The notes beneath the pieces are model-generated. The model ran no database searches and had not been told where the DNA came from. It worked only from the letters and a program-made list of their open reading frames with translations. This document shows positions 18,785 to 30,156 of a stretch of 64,000 nucleotides of DNA, piece after piece. The first letter of the stretch is position 1; every line of letters starts with the position of its first letter. The stretch comes from Clostridiales bacterium UBA4698 (lineage in GTDB: Bacteria > Bacillota > Clostridia > TANB77 > UBA1234), in the NCBI GenBank assembly GCA_002404755.1, contig DHKI01000037.1:1959-65958 (forward strand), given 5' to 3'. The position numbers were made by a program, and so were the translations under genes.

Positions 18785-20848
18785 TTACTCTTTTTTTACA
18801 CTTCTAAATTTCGTTTCTTCTATTGCTTTATCAAATAATGATAGTACGTGTGGCAAGAAGAAAATTACTAGGAACATACTTATAAGTGCTCCTCTTCCGA
18901 TCAAGCCTCCCATTTCAGATACCGCTTTTATACTAGAACACCATTTTAGTAAAAATGCTGCACATACTAAGATTCCACCTGATGTTAGTATTGATGGTAT
19001 GCTTTTATTAACTGCAATACGAGAAGCTGTTTTCTTATCATTTTCTTTTCTTGCATTCAAATAATTATTTGTCATAAGTATTGCGTAATCGATTGTGGCT
19101 CCCAATTCTATTGTACTAACTATCAAATAGCCTAAAAACATCATTTCTTTACCTGTATAGTATGGTATTGCCATGTTTATAAATATTCCGCTTTCTATTA
19201 CGAGTGTAAGTAGTATTGGAAGTATAAATGAGTTAAATGTAAATAGCAAAATTGCCATAACTGCTAAAATAGAAAATATATTTACTCTCGTATAATCTGC
19301 ATTTACCACGTCTTTAATATTAAGAGTTAACGGCACTGTTCCTGTTATTTCGTAATTATCACCATAATATTTCTTTGTAAGTTCCTCTATCTTTCTTGAT
19401 GTTTCAAATGCCAAATCACTTTCTGATGATGTTTTTGTATATATTACTAATCTCGAATACTTATCAGTTCTAAATTTCTGATATTTATCTATTGGCACAA
19501 AACTATCTGGAATTCCTTCGCTTACTAGGTTTGCTAGGCTTTGTACCTTTTTAACACTTTCCATATCCTCGATTTCTTTAACTAATGCTTTTTCACTGAC
19601 ATAATCACCTGTTGGCACTAGCACTATCATTGGATTACTTCTATCAAATTTGCTATTTATCTTCTTTTCATCTTCATATACTTTTGTACCTTCTCCACCA
19701 CCAAATGATGATGAACCATACAAGAATACGTTTTGCTTTTGTGCCACATATGACGGAATTGTTATTATAAGTACAATTGCAATTAGCAAATACGATATTT
19801 TTGCAGTATATTTTGCAAACTTTTCAAAATCAGGCATAAATGATTTATGTCGAGTTTTTTCTATTAAATGATAAAATTTTAAAATCAAACATGGCATAAA
19901 TAATATAACCGTAAATAGTGTTAAAACTATGCCTTTAGCAAATACAAGCCCCATATCTGCACCTATTGTGAAGCCCATAAAACAAAGTGCTAAAAAACCT
20001 GCAATAGTTGTAAGTGCACTTGAAAATATTGATAAACAAGACTTTTTAACAGTCTCCATCATTGCTTTTTCTAAATCTTCGCCCTTATGTGATTCAAATT
20101 CATGTAACATAAATACTGAATAATCCATAGAAACAGCAAGTTGAAGTGCTGCAACTATGCTATATGTAAGGAAAGAAACATGCTTAAATATAACATTACT
20201 TCCCATATTTAAGAATATTGATGTTCCAATTACTATCATAAATAGAATTGGTGAAAAATATGAATCTGTAGTTAATATAAGAATTATAATAACTACTGGA
20301 ATTAGTATACACATTACTTTACTAACTTCACTTTGAACTGTGTCCGCAGCTGATTTTGTATCTACAGCCGAACCGATTATATTGCTTCCCTCTGGGACTA
20401 TTTTATTTATTTCATCAATTGCTTTACTTGTTTTGCTTGAATAATCATCTTCATCAAACATTATTTCAAAAATTGCGCTTCCATCGTTATAATAATCTCT
20501 AAGTTCCTCTTCAGATATGAAATCAAGCGGTCTATATATGTCTATGCTATCATCTAGCCAAACGACCATGTCTACGCCGTCTACTTTTTCAATTTGATTT
20601 TTATACTCTTTTGCTTCTATCAAGCTTACATCGTTTATCATTACCCTTGCAAAGCCTTGCATGGCAAATTCTTCTTCAACTATATTCATTCCTCTCTTAG
20701 CTCTTTCAGTATCTGGAATATACTCAGATAAGTTATAATTAATCTTTACACTAGGAATTAACAATATGCTTATTATAGTTGCTACTATAAATATAATTCC
20801 TATTTTATTTCTGTTTTTTACTATAAATTCTGCTATTTTATCATTCAT
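18785..20848 (-). CDS. MMPL/RND-superfamily membrane transporter
   Basis: 687 aa with two blocks of about 6 TM segments separated by soluble loops, typical of the MMPL family; overlaps the tetR stop by 8 nt. Confidence 0.8.
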   Translation of the reverse strand: MNDKIAEFIVKNRNKIGIIFIVATIISILLIPSVKINYNLSEYIPDTERAKRGMNIVEEEFAMQGFARVMINDVSLIEAKEYKNQIEKVDGVDMVVWLDDSIDIYRPLDFISEEELRDYYNDGSAIFEIMFDEDDYSSKTSKAIDEINKIVPEGSNIIGSAVDTKSAADTVQSEVSKVMCILIPVVIIILILTTDSYFSPILFMIVIGTSIFLNMGSNVIFKHVSFLTYSIVAALQLAVSMDYSVFMLHEFESHKGEDLEKAMMETVKKSCLSIFSSALTTIAGFLALCFMGFTIGADMGLVFAKGIVLTLFTVILFMPCLILKFYHLIEKTRHKSFMPDFEKFAKYTAKISYLLIAIVLIITIPSYVAQKQNVFLYGSSSFGGGEGTKVYEDEKKINSKFDRSNPMIVLVPTGDYVSEKALVKEIEDMESVKKVQSLANLVSEGIPDSFVPIDKYQKFRTDKYSRLVIYTKTSSESDLAFETSRKIEELTKKYYGDNYEITGTVPLTLNIKDVVNADYTRVNIFSILAVMAILLFTFNSFILPILLTLVIESGIFINMAIPYYTGKEMMFLGYLIVSTIELGATIDYAILMTNNYLNARKENDKKTASRIAVNKSIPSILTSGGILVCAAFLLKWCSSIKAVSEMGGLIGRGALISMFLVIFFLPHVLSLFDKAIEETKFRSVKKE

Positions 20849-21476
20849 CTTTTATCACTTCCATTACTTTCTCGCTTAGTCCACTAAGCATCAATTTCTT
20901 ATATATTTCTAGATTTCTTTTCAAATCTTCTATATTATCTACATTGTTTCTTACAATGTATGTGAAGCCTTCAAACTGTGCCCTAGATATCGCATTACAC
21001 AGTGTAACATCAACTTTTTCTTTGCCAGTTATGCTTTTTACAATGCTTGCGAGCTTGTTTGTAAACATGTCTAATATTTGCTCTTTAAAATCTGTAAATT
21101 GCTTTTCTGTTTCTGAATTTAACATTATTTTAAGTGTGTCTTTATTTTCTTTTGCTAGCTTTAATGTTAATTTTATAAGTCCTTCAAAAATCAAGTTCGA
21201 ATCAATATCTTGATAATCAGATGGTATATCACTCACAAACTCGCTTACTTCTTCTTCTACTTCTTTTAGGATTTCATTCAATAAATGCTTCTTAGTCAAA
21301 AAGTATCTATAAATATTTCCTGTACTAATACCTGCATCTAAGGCAATATCCTTCATTGAAGTGTTTTCATACCCCCTTTTTTTAAACCTTTTTTTGCCAA
21401 CTTCTATTATCTTTTGTTTAATATCATCTTTTAACTTTTGCAAAACATTCACCTCCAACAATGAATCAATATTCAC
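20841..21476 (-). CDS. TetR/AcrR family transcriptional regulator
   Basis: N-terminal HTH GYENTSMKDIALDAGISTGNIYRYF. The start codon is uncertain (GTG at 21476 or downstream TTG). Confidence 0.85.
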   Translation of the reverse strand: MNIDSLLEVNVLQKLKDDIKQKIIEVGKKRFKKRGYENTSMKDIALDAGISTGNIYRYFLTKKHLLNEILKEVEEEVSEFVSDIPSDYQDIDSNLIFEGLIKLTLKLAKENKDTLKIMLNSETEKQFTDFKEQILDMFTNKLASIVKSITGKEKVDVTLCNAISRAQFEGFTYIVRNNVDNIEDLKRNLEIYKKLMLSGLSEKVMEVIKDE

Positions 21477-21508
21477 TATTGATATATTATATACCGATTT
21501 TTCAAAAA

Positions 21509-21538
21509 GTCAATAATGAATTTATATTCACTATTGAC
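21509..21538. promoter_or_regulatory. 30-bp palindrome, candidate TetR operator upstream of the tetR-mmpL cassette
   Basis: gtcaataatgaat-ttat-attcactattgac (12/13 arm match). The half-site attcactattga is repeated at 21471-21482, overlapping the tetR start. Confidence 0.5.
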
Positions 21539-21619
21539 TTTTTTATAAATGCACAAAAAATAACTTAGCCCTCAATGCATATTTGCATCTAAGACTAAGT
21601 TACTTCGTTTAATATTAAA

Positions 21620-22273
21620 TTACTTTAATTGCTCTTTAACAAGTGCTATAGTATCTTCTAATCTTTCTTGTCCAACAACTGTAGCTAAGATTCCTTTTTC
21701 TGTGTAATAAGCTATTAAAGGCTCTGTTTGTTTGTGATATGTTTCAAGTCTCTTTGAAACTGTTGCCTCGTTGTCGTCATCTCTAATAAATAGTTTGCTT
21801 CCACATTTATCGCAAATGCCTTCAACCTTTGGTGGGTTGTCTCTCATATTATAGATTTCTTTGCAGTCTGGGTTCTCACAAGTTCTTCTATTTAATGCTC
21901 TACCCATGATTTCTTCATCTGGAACATGTAGGTTTATTACTTTATCTACTTTTATTCCGTTTTCTGTTAAATATTCATCTAATGCCTTCGCTTGGTCAAT
22001 TGTTCTTGGAAATCCATCTAATAAGAATCCTCTTTCTTTACAATCTGACTCTTCTAATCTATTTTTTAATAAATTAATTACTAATTCATCTGGAACTAAA
22101 GCTCCTTTATCCATGTATGCTTTTGCTTCTTTACCAAGTTCTGTTCCATCTGCTATATTTTTTCTTAAAATATCACCTGTTGAGATGTGTGGAACATTGT
22201 AATCTTTAGTTATCCATTTGCATTGTGAACCTTTTCCGCTACCAGGTGCACCAAGTATAATTAATCTTATCAT
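21620..22273 (-). CDS. adk: Adenylate kinase
   Basis: P-loop GAPGSGKGSQ and a zinc-lid Cys motif (CENPDCKE...CDKCG). Confidence 0.96.
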   Translation of the reverse strand: MIRLIILGAPGSGKGSQCKWITKDYNVPHISTGDILRKNIADGTELGKEAKAYMDKGALVPDELVINLLKNRLEESDCKERGFLLDGFPRTIDQAKALDEYLTENGIKVDKVINLHVPDEEIMGRALNRRTCENPDCKEIYNMRDNPPKVEGICDKCGSKLFIRDDDNEATVSKRLETYHKQTEPLIAYYTEKGILATVVGQERLEDTIALVKEQLK

Positions 22274-22374
22274 ATATTTGACCTCCTATTATTTTTATAT
22301 GTCTATAATATACTCAAAAAGGTTGGTTGTCAATTGTAAAAAAGAGACACTCACATATGAGTGCCCCTTTTCTA

Positions 22375-23739
22375 TTAATCTAAAAATCCTTTATAATGAC
22401 GTGTTAACATTTGAGCTTCTAATTGTCTGATTGATTCTAGAGCAACACCAACTACGATTAGTATAGCTGTTCCTCCGAATGATAATCTAAGACCAGCAAA
22501 TTGTACCAATATTGGTAAAATTGCAATTATTGCTAAGAAGAATGCTCCAAATGTTGTTATATACTTAAGTATTGATGCAAGATAATCTGATGTAGGTTTT
22601 CCTGCTCTAATACCTGGTATAAATCCACCATTTTTCTTTAAATTATTTGATACTTCAACTGGATTAAATGCCATAGCCATTGTATAGAAGAATGTAAATC
22701 CAACTATTAACAATAGGTATATAACAATGTGTGCTATTCCGCACCATAAGATATCCCAATTAAAAGCACCTGTTGTTGCATCTGTTAAGCTTGCATTTAA
22801 TGATGTAAATGCAAATACTTTATACATTGTAGCCCAGAAACCTGTGCTTGTTGCTATGTCATGATTTACAAGTTGCATAATCATTGCTGGCAATTGCATA
22901 AATGACATAGCAAAGATTATTGGCATTACTCCTGCCATTGCAAGTTTCATAGGTATATGAGTGTTTTGACCACCATACATTTTTCTTCCTACTACTCTCT
23001 TTGCATATTGAACAGGAACTCTTCTTTCAGCCTCTGTTACCCAAACAACACCTGCAACAAGTATGATTGCTGCAATTACTACTGCGATTGAAATTATTAA
23101 TCCCTTAATACTCAATGCACCATCAACAATACATAAATCATGAACTAAATACTCTATTGCTGATGGAATTCCAGAAACGATACCAGCAAAAATTAATAAT
23201 GATGTACCATTTCCAATTCCCCTTGATGTGATTTGTTCTGCAAGCCACATCAAAAGTGTAGAACCGGCTGTAAGTGTTAGTATAAATAGTAGTGGTGTCA
23301 ATATACCATTTCCTATAAATACACCTTGGTTCTTATAAGTAGCATAGATACCAAATGCTTCGATAGCTGCAAGAATAACTGCTGCATATCTCATATATTG
23401 GTTAATCTTTTTTCTGCCTTCTTCTCCACCATCTTTAGACAAGTTTTCCAAAGCTGGTATAGCGAATGTTAATAATTGCACTACAATTGATGCAGTAATG
23501 TATGGGCTTATTGACATTGCGAATACTGAAAGGTTTGAAAATGCACCACCAGTTATTATATTAACAGTTCCAACAATTGTGTTTGATGAACTCTTGTTAA
23601 CTGAAGATAATAACTCCGCATCAACTCCAGGAGCTGTAACAAATGCTCCAAATCTAAATATTGCTAATAATAATAGTGTGTATAGAAGTTTTTTCCTTAA
23701 TTCAGGAATCTTCCACGCGTTAGCTAGTGTTTTAAACAC
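22375..23739 (-). CDS. secY: Preprotein translocase subunit SecY
   Basis: 454 aa, 10-TM SecY pattern, operon position. Confidence 0.96.
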   Translation of the reverse strand: MFKTLANAWKIPELRKKLLYTLLLLAIFRFGAFVTAPGVDAELLSSVNKSSSNTIVGTVNIITGGAFSNLSVFAMSISPYITASIVVQLLTFAIPALENLSKDGGEEGRKKINQYMRYAAVILAAIEAFGIYATYKNQGVFIGNGILTPLLFILTLTAGSTLLMWLAEQITSRGIGNGTSLLIFAGIVSGIPSAIEYLVHDLCIVDGALSIKGLIISIAVVIAAIILVAGVVWVTEAERRVPVQYAKRVVGRKMYGGQNTHIPMKLAMAGVMPIIFAMSFMQLPAMIMQLVNHDIATSTGFWATMYKVFAFTSLNASLTDATTGAFNWDILWCGIAHIVIYLLLIVGFTFFYTMAMAFNPVEVSNNLKKNGGFIPGIRAGKPTSDYLASILKYITTFGAFFLAIIAILPILVQFAGLRLSFGGTAILIVVGVALESIRQLEAQMLTRHYKGFLD

Positions 23740-23740
23740 T

Positions 23741-24181
23741 TTACACCACCTCTACCTTTCCGCCTGCAGCAGTTATTTTCTCTTCAGCTGTTTTTGTAAC
23801 TCTAGCAGCTTTAACAGTAAGTTTCTTAGTTAATTCTCCGTTTCCTAATACAACGATACCATCATTTGCTTTTCTAATAATTCCAGCTTCTAATAAGCTT
23901 TCTGCTGTAACTTCTGTGTTGTTTTCAAGTGTTTCTAGCATTGAAAGTGTAACTTCTGTATATGTTCTTGCACTTCTATTTTTGAATCCTCTCTTTGGAA
24001 TTCTTCTGAATAATGGCATTTGACCTCCTTCAAATCCAGGTCTAACTCCACCACCACTTCTTGCTTTTTGTCCTTTATGACCTTTACCAGCAGTCTTACC
24101 AAGACCAGAACCGATACCTCTACCAATTCTCTTTCTTGTTTCTCTTGCTCCTGGTGTGCTTGTTAATTCGTCAAGTTTCAT
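23741..24181 (-). CDS. rplO: 50S ribosomal protein L15
   Basis: [30 protein letters not shown]. Start at the ATG at 24181 behind RBS agaggtg. Confidence 0.95.
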   Translation of the reverse strand: MKLDELTSTPGARETRKRIGRGIGSGLGKTAGKGHKGQKARSGGGVRPGFEGGQMPLFRRIPKRGFKNRSARTYTEVTLSMLETLENNTEVTAESLLEAGIIRKANDGIVVLGNGELTKKLTVKAARVTKTAEEKITAAGGKVEVV

Positions 24182-24242
24182 GTTTTGCACCTCTTTTCAT
24201 CTAAATATTCAAATCTCTATATACTTATTTTATAAACAAATA

Positions 24243-24734
24243 TTATAAAATCTCTGAAACTTTTTTACCACGAAGTGTAGCAACCATTTCAGCTGTCTTC
24301 ATTTCGCTTAATGCTTTAAGTGTAGCATATGCCGCATTTCTTGGGTTGTTTGAACCTAAGTTTTTAGTTCTTATATTCTTATATCCTGCGATATCTAATA
24401 CAAGTCTTGCAGCACCACCAGCGATAAGTCCAGTACCTTCAGCAGCTGGTTTTAATAAAACCTTTCCGCTACCAAAGCTTCCTACTAATTCATGAGGTAT
24501 TGTTGTATTTACTATTGGAACTTCGATTATATTCTTCTTAGCATCTTCAATAGCCTTTCTAATAGCATCTGGAACTTCTGCTGATTTTCCATTACCAACA
24601 CCAACATGTCCTTGACCATCACCAACAACAACTAGTGCACTAAATCTAAAAGTTCTACCACCTTTAACAACTTTAGCAACTCTGTTGATTGTTATAACTT
24701 TTTCTGTCAAGTCTAATTTTTCTGCATCTATCAT
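24243..24734 (-). CDS. rpsE: 30S ribosomal protein S5
   Basis: [24 protein letters not shown]. Start at the ATG at 24734 behind aaaggag. Confidence 0.95.
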   Translation of the reverse strand: MIDAEKLDLTEKVITINRVAKVVKGGRTFRFSALVVVGDGQGHVGVGNGKSAEVPDAIRKAIEDAKKNIIEVPIVNTTIPHELVGSFGSGKVLLKPAAEGTGLIAGGAARLVLDIAGYKNIRTKNLGSNNPRNAAYATLKALSEMKTAEMVATLRGKKVSEIL

Positions 24735-24759
24735 AATAGTTTCTCCTTTCAATTAAATT

Positions 24760-25119
24760 TTAGAACTCTAAACCTGCTTCTCTTGCAGCTTCAGCTAATG
24801 CTTTTACTTTTCCATGATATATATATCCGCCTCTATCAAAAACTACATTTTTAATATTTGCTTTTGTAGCTCTTGCAGCGATTAATGTTCCAACCTCTTT
24901 TGCTGCTTCTATATTACTTGCTTTTGTTTTTACTTCTTTATCAAGTGTAGAAGCACAAGCTAAAGTTCTTCCATTTGTATCATCGATAATTTGAGCATAT
25001 ATACCTTTATTGCTTCTGAAAACAGCAAGTCTTGGACGCTCAGGAGTACCAACTATTTTTTCACGAACTCTTTCATGTCTGATTTCTCTTGACACAGCTC
25101 TACTTTTCTTGTTAATCAC
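24760..25119 (-). CDS. rplR: 50S ribosomal protein L18
   Basis: Conserved L18 sequence and position. Confidence 0.96.
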   Translation of the reverse strand: MINKKSRAVSREIRHERVREKIVGTPERPRLAVFRSNKGIYAQIIDDTNGRTLACASTLDKEVKTKASNIEAAKEVGTLIAARATKANIKNVVFDRGGYIYHGKVKALAEAAREAGLEF

Positions 25120-25161
25120 TTAATTTCTCTCCTTTCACATAGGATTTTATTTAGCTAGGTT

Positions 25162-25698
25162 TTATTTTTTACCCATCTTTCCTTCTTTTCTAATGATTCT
25201 CTCGTCTATGTATTTAATACCTTTACCTTTATATGGTTCTGGAGGTCTTACCATTCTAATTTCAGCAGCTAATTGTCCAACTGCTTCTTTATCTGGTCCT
25301 ACAACGATTATACTGTTTGGATTTGGAGCTTCGATTTTAATATCTCCTCTATCTTCAAATTCAACTGTATGAGAAAATCCCATATTCATTATTAATTTAT
25401 TTCCTTGTTTTTGTACTCTATAACCAACACCGTTAACTTCTAGTTCTTTCTTGAATCCTTCTGTTACGCCAATAACCATATTGTTTAGAAGAGTTCTTGT
25501 TAATCCTTGGATATTATCTTGTTCAGGATTTTTTAACTCAACTGTAACTACTCCAGCTTCTTGCTTTAAAATCATATCTGGATGTAATTTTTTAACTAAA
25601 GTTCCTTTTGGTCCTTTAACAGTTACAGTGTTATCAGCTTCTATCTTAACTTCTACACCAGCAGGTACAGTTATAGGTTTCTTTCCTATTCTTGACAT
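25162..25698 (-). CDS. rplF: 50S ribosomal protein L6
   Basis: MSRIGKKPITVPAGVEV. Confidence 0.97.
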   Translation of the reverse strand: MSRIGKKPITVPAGVEVKIEADNTVTVKGPKGTLVKKLHPDMILKQEAGVVTVELKNPEQDNIQGLTRTLLNNMVIGVTEGFKKELEVNGVGYRVQKQGNKLIMNMGFSHTVEFEDRGDIKIEAPNPNSIIVVGPDKEAVGQLAAEIRMVRPPEPYKGKGIKYIDERIIRKEGKMGKK

Positions 25699-25791
25699 TA
25701 TATTACTCCTTTCTTGTAGTCATACGATTACAAATTATGTATGTCTAATTCTATATGTACTTTTTGTACTAATACGAATTAACCTTTTTTA

Positions 25792-26187
25792 TTACCATAC
25801 GAAAGCTAAAACCTCGCCGCCTACGCCTTCTTGTCTTGCTTTCTTATCTGTCATAACACCTTTTGATGTTGATATTAAAGCTATACCAAGTCCACCAAGT
25901 ACTTTTGGAAGTTCATCCTTTGTAGCATAAACTCTTAATCCTGGTTTGCTTATTCTCTTTAATCCTGAAATAACTTTTTGTTTATTAACATATTTTAAAG
26001 TTATTCTAATAATGCCTTGTGCATTATCATCGATTTCTTCAAATGCTTTAATATATCCTTCTTCTAATAAGATTTCAGCTATTGACTTCTTTAATTTAGA
26101 AGCAGGTATATCTACAGTTTCATGTTTTTGTGCATTTGCATTTCTAATTCTTGTTAGCATATCTGCTATTGGATCAGTAATGTTCAT
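25792..26187 (-). CDS. rpsH: 30S ribosomal protein S8
   Basis: [13 protein letters not shown]. Confidence 0.97.
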   Translation of the reverse strand: MNITDPIADMLTRIRNANAQKHETVDIPASKLKKSIAEILLEEGYIKAFEEIDDNAQGIIRITLKYVNKQKVISGLKRISKPGLRVYATKDELPKVLGGLGIALISTSKGVMTDKKARQEGVGGEVLAFVW

Positions 26188-26307
26188 TTAAACTTTGCTC
26201 CTTTCGTTATGATTTAGAGACTAGAAATAGAGTTTACTCACTCTTATTTCTACTTTCTCTAGTTGTTTTTTATATTTCAAGTATCTATTTCTAAATACTT
26301 TCTGTTA

Positions 26308-26493
26308 TTACCAGCTTGCCTTTTTAACACCAGGTATTTGTCCCTTATGAGCTAACTCTCTAAAGCAAATTCTGCAAATACCATATTTACGAATATATCC
26401 ATGTGGTCTTCCACATATTTTACATCTGTTATAGTATCTTGTGCTGAATTTAGGAGCTAGTTTTTGTTTAGCAATCATTGATTTTTTTGCCAT
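26308..26493 (-). CDS. rpsZ: 30S ribosomal protein S14 type Z (zinc-binding, 61 aa)
   Basis: [23 protein letters not shown]. Confidence 0.96.
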   Translation of the reverse strand: MAKKSMIAKQKLAPKFSTRYYNRCKICGRPHGYIRKYGICRICFRELAHKGQIPGVKKASW

Positions 26494-26505
26494 GGTTCTC
26501 CTCCT

Positions 26506-27048
26506 TTACTTTGAAAATGGCATACCAAGAAGTCTTAATAGCTCTTTTGCCTCTTCATCTGTGTTAGCTGTTGTTACGAAAATAACGTCCATACCTCTGA
26601 TTTTATCTATTTTATCATATTCGATTTCTGGGAATATTAATTGCTCTTTAACACCCATTGAGTAGTTTCCTCTTCCATCGAAAGAGTTTGGAGATAATCC
26701 TTTAAAATCTCTTACTCTTGGAAGTGCAACTGCAAATAATTTTTCTACGAAATCATACATTTTTTGATTTCTAAGTGTTACTTTGCATCCAATTTCCATT
26801 CCTTCTCTAATCTTAAAACCAGCTATTGACTTTTTAGCTTTTGTCGTAACAGCCTTTTGTCCAGTAATAATTTCTAAATCTCTAACTGCGTTCTCTAAAG
26901 CTTTAGCATTTTCTCTAACATCGCTTACGCCCATGTTTATAACAACTTTTTCAAGCTTTGGAACTTGCATTACTGATTTATAGTTAAATTTCTTCATTAA
27001 TTCTGGTACAACTTCATTTACATATACATCTTTTAATCCTGACATCAC
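26506..27048 (-). CDS. rplE: 50S ribosomal protein L5
   Basis: Conserved L5 sequence and position. Confidence 0.96.
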   Translation of the reverse strand: MMSGLKDVYVNEVVPELMKKFNYKSVMQVPKLEKVVINMGVSDVRENAKALENAVRDLEIITGQKAVTTKAKKSIAGFKIREGMEIGCKVTLRNQKMYDFVEKLFAVALPRVRDFKGLSPNSFDGRGNYSMGVKEQLIFPEIEYDKIDKIRGMDVIFVTTANTDEEAKELLRLLGMPFSK

Positions 27049-27062
27049 GATTACCTCCTTTC

Positions 27063-27383
27063 CTATTTAATTTCTTCTCCGCATTTAGCACATACTCTAA
27101 CTTTTGTGCCATCTTTCTTTGTGTCAACTTTTACTCTAACACCTTTTCCACACTTTGAGCAGAATGGGTTTGCTTTAGAAGCATTAATTGCAACTTCAGC
27201 TTTTATAATTCCACCTGTTTCTCCTGCTTTTTTAGGTTTTGTATGTTTTGTTCTAACGTTAACTCCCTCAACAACTACTGTATTATCTTTTGGGTTTGCT
27301 GCAAGAACTTTACCTTTTTTACCTTTATCAGCTCCAGAGTTAATAACTACTGTATCGCCTTTTTTAATGTGTAGATTATTCAT
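27063..27383 (-). CDS. rplX: 50S ribosomal protein L24 (with C-terminal CxxC...CxxC zinc-ribbon extension)
   Basis: KOW motif [20 protein letters not shown]; C-terminal CSKCGKG...CAKCGEE. Confidence 0.95.
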   Translation of the reverse strand: MNNLHIKKGDTVVINSGADKGKKGKVLAANPKDNTVVVEGVNVRTKHTKPKKAGETGGIIKAEVAINASKANPFCSKCGKGVRVKVDTKKDGTKVRVCAKCGEEIK

Positions 27384-27446
27384 TTATTTTTACACCTACC
27401 TTTAAACGTTTATTTTTAAGTTTTGCTTCTACTTTGAACCCCAATA

Positions 27447-27815
27447 TTATAATACTTCAGGAGCAAGTGAAAGAATTTTCATATAATCATTATCTCTTAA
27501 TTCTCTTGCTACTGGTCCAAATATACGTGTTCCTCTTGGAGTCTTGTCATCTTTTATTATAACTGCTGCATTCTCGTCAAATCTGATATAAGAACCATCT
27601 GGTCTTTGAAGACCTTTCTTGCTTCTAACTATAACAGCTTTAACAACATCTCCTTTTTTTACCATTCCACCTGGTGCAGCACTTTTTACAGAAGCTACTA
27701 TAACATCACCGATGTTAGCGAATTTTCTATAAGAACCGCCCATACATCTAATGCACATTAACTCTTTAGCACCTGTATTATCAGCAACTTTTAATATTGT
27801 TTGTTGTTGTATCAT
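27447..27815 (-). CDS. rplN: 50S ribosomal protein L14
   Basis: [17 protein letters not shown]. Start at 27815 behind aaaggag. Confidence 0.96.
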   Translation of the reverse strand: MIQQQTILKVADNTGAKELMCIRCMGGSYRKFANIGDVIVASVKSAAPGGMVKKGDVVKAVIVRSKKGLQRPDGSYIRFDENAAVIIKDDKTPRGTRIFGPVARELRDNDYMKILSLAPEVL

Positions 27816-27883
27816 TTTTATTTCTCCTTTCAGATGCATCTGTCCTTTCTTTCAAGGACTTACACCAATTTTAAAACATTAGC

Positions 27884-28141
27884 TTATTTAGCTTTTTCAA
27901 CAATCTCAACTAATCTCCATCTCTTATCCTTAGATAAAGGTCTTGTTTCCATTACTTTAACTGTATCGCCAATTCCGCATTCATTATTTTCATCATGAGC
28001 TTTTAGTTTGAATGTTCTCTTCATGATTTTTCCGTATAATGGGTGCTTATAACCAGTTTCAACAGCTACAACGATTGTTTTATCCATTTTATCGCTTATA
28101 ACTTTTCCTACTCTAGTTTTTCTTAAAGCTCTTTCTTCCAT
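27884..28141 (-). CDS. rpsQ: 30S ribosomal protein S17
   Basis: Conserved S17 sequence and position. Confidence 0.96.
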   Translation of the reverse strand: MEERALRKTRVGKVISDKMDKTIVVAVETGYKHPLYGKIMKRTFKLKAHDENNECGIGDTVKVMETRPLSKDKRWRLVEIVEKAK

Positions 28142-28181
28142 AACTTAAGTTCTTCTCCTTTCTTATGGATTTCTTTTTTTA

Positions 28182-28385
28182 TTATTCAGCGCTATCTTGT
28201 AGCTCTCTTTCTTTTAATATAGTCTTAATTTTTGCTATATCTCTTTTTGTATTTCTTATTTTCATCGGATTATCTAGTCCGTTTGCTGCTGATTGAAATC
28301 TTAATTTGAATAATTCAGATTTTAATTCAACTAGCTCTTTTTCTAAATCCGATGAAGCCATTTTTCTAATCTCATTAGCCTTCAT
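28182..28385 (-). CDS. rpmC: 50S ribosomal protein L29
   Basis: [31 protein letters not shown]. The start is chosen at 28385, overlapping the rplP end. Confidence 0.93.
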   Translation of the reverse strand: MKANEIRKMASSDLEKELVELKSELFKLRFQSAANGLDNPMKIRNTKRDIAKIKTILKERELQDSAE

Positions 28386-28815
28386 CGTCTTCACCACCTT
28401 CTACTTTACTTGCAGTAATGATTTTTGTTTTTACAGGAAGTTTGTGAGCAGCAAGTCTAAATGCTTCTCTTGCAACTTCCTCAGGGATTCCAGCCATCTC
28501 AAATAATACTCTTCCTGGCTTTACAACAGCTACATAGTATTCAACTGCACCCTTTCCACTACCCATACGAGTTTCTGCTGGTTTCTTAGTAATTGGTTTG
28601 TCTGGGAATATTTTAATCCAAACGTTACCACCTCTTTTAATGAAACGTGTCATAGCAACTCTGGCAGCTTCTATTTGATTAGAAGTAATTCTTCCAGCTT
28701 CTAGTGCTTGTAGACCATACTCTCCATATGTTATTTCAGCACCTCTAGTAGCTCTACCTCTATTTCTACCTTTTTGCATTTTTCTATATTTTGTTCTTTT
28801 TGGCATTAGTGGCAT
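28375..28815 (-). CDS. rplP: 50S ribosomal protein L16
   Basis: [22 protein letters not shown] overlap with rpsC. Confidence 0.96.
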   Translation of the reverse strand: MPLMPKRTKYRKMQKGRNRGRATRGAEITYGEYGLQALEAGRITSNQIEAARVAMTRFIKRGGNVWIKIFPDKPITKKPAETRMGSGKGAVEYYVAVVKPGRVLFEMAGIPEEVAREAFRLAAHKLPVKTKIITASKVEGGEDDEG

Positions 28816-29474
28816 TATGCTCTACCTCCTTCTGCTTCTTTTTTTGTAGGAAGTACTTCGCCTTTATATATCCAAACTTTTACACCGATTTTTCCGTATG
28901 TTGTATTTGCTTCAGCAAATCCATAATCGATATCAGCTCTTAATGTTTGTAGTGGCACTGTACCCTCTTTATAAAACTCTGATCTTGCGATTTCAGCACC
29001 GCCAAGTCTACCAGAAACTGCAGTTTTAATACCTTTTGCTCCTGCTTTTGTAGCTTTTGCCATGCTTTGTTTCAAAGCTTTTCTGTATGATATTCTTCTT
29101 TCTAATTGTCCCGCAATGTTTTCTGCAACTAATTGTGCGTCTGTATCAACATTTTTAACTTCGATTACGTTAATGTTGATATCCTTTTTAAATAATTTTG
29201 CGATATCAGCTCTTAACTTGTTAACACTTTCACCATTTTTACCAAGAACAATACCTGGTTTTGCAGTATAAACATTTGCTTTTATACTTTTTGCTGTTCT
29301 TTCGATTTCAATTCTTGAAACTCCAGCAGCAAATAAATTCTTTTTAATATATTTACGAATTGCAACGTCTTCAACTAGGTTGTCAGCAAAATCTTTTTTG
29401 CTTGCATACCATTTTGAATCCCAATCTTTAATCACTCCCACTCTTAAACCATGTGGGTTCATTTTTTGTCCCAT
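28815..29474 (-). CDS. rpsC: 30S ribosomal protein S3
   Basis: [22 protein letters not shown]. Confidence 0.97.
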   Translation of the reverse strand: MGQKMNPHGLRVGVIKDWDSKWYASKKDFADNLVEDVAIRKYIKKNLFAAGVSRIEIERTAKSIKANVYTAKPGIVLGKNGESVNKLRADIAKLFKKDININVIEVKNVDTDAQLVAENIAGQLERRISYRKALKQSMAKATKAGAKGIKTAVSGRLGGAEIARSEFYKEGTVPLQTLRADIDYGFAEANTTYGKIGVKVWIYKGEVLPTKKEAEGGRA

Positions 29475-29494
29475 TTAAAATATCCTCCTTTCTA

Positions 29495-29830
29495 CTAATC
29501 TCTTTCTTTTAGTACAACTTCAATGTGAGAAGTTCTTTTTCTTATTCTATTAGCTCTACCTTGTGTAGCAGCTCTTATTCTCTTCATTGTAGCACCTTGA
29601 TTAGCATAGATTTCAGCAACATATAATTTGCTAGCATCCATATTGTGATTATTTTCTGCATTTGCAATAGCTGATTTTAATAACTTTTCAACTAATGGAG
29701 ATGCAGCTTTTGGTGTGAATTTTAAAATTGCTAATGCTTCATTAACATCTTTTCCTCTAATTAAATCGATAACGATTTTAACTTTTCTGGCAGATATTCT
29801 AGCATGTTTTAAACTAGCTCTACTTTCCAC
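29495..29830 (-). CDS. rplV: 50S ribosomal protein L22
   Basis: Conserved L22 sequence and position. Confidence 0.96.
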   Translation of the reverse strand: MESRASLKHARISARKVKIVIDLIRGKDVNEALAILKFTPKAASPLVEKLLKSAIANAENNHNMDASKLYVAEIYANQGATMKRIRAATQGRANRIRKRTSHIEVVLKERD

Positions 29831-29861
29831 TTTTATTTCCTCCTATCATTACGATTTTATA

Positions 29862-30143
29862 CTATTTACTAACTTTAGTAGTTTTATCTCCAGCATGACC
29901 TTTGAAAGTTCTTGTTGGAACAAACTCACCTAGTTTGTGACCAATCATTTCATCTGAAATATAAACTGGAACATGTTTTCTTCCGTCATGTACAGCTATT
30001 GTATGGCCAACCATTTGAGGGAAGATTGTTGATGCTCTTGACCAAGTTTTTAAAACTTCTTTTTTGTTTTCTTCGTTCATTTTTTCGATTCTAGCTAAAA
30101 GCTTTGGATCAACGAAAGGTCCTTTTTTAATAGATCTTGACAT
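29862..30143 (-). CDS. rpsS: 30S ribosomal protein S19
   Basis: [12 protein letters not shown]. Confidence 0.97.
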   Translation of the reverse strand: MSRSIKKGPFVDPKLLARIEKMNEENKKEVLKTWSRASTIFPQMVGHTIAVHDGRKHVPVYISDEMIGHKLGEFVPTRTFKGHAGDKTTKVSK

Positions 30144-30156
30144 TTAACTTACCTCC

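Noticed and set aside
23935-24126. Same-strand alternative-frame ORFs within rplO, and similarly 32238-32426 in rplC and 52189-52392 in ssb.
   Set aside because: They are embedded in highly conserved genes, lack RBSs and have no recognisable product.
24182-24242. A missing L30 gene (rpmD) between rpsE and rplO.
   Set aside because: Only about 60 nt of spacer is present, with no ORF. L30 is dispensable and absent in various lineages, so this is not treated as anomalous without a genome-wide check.
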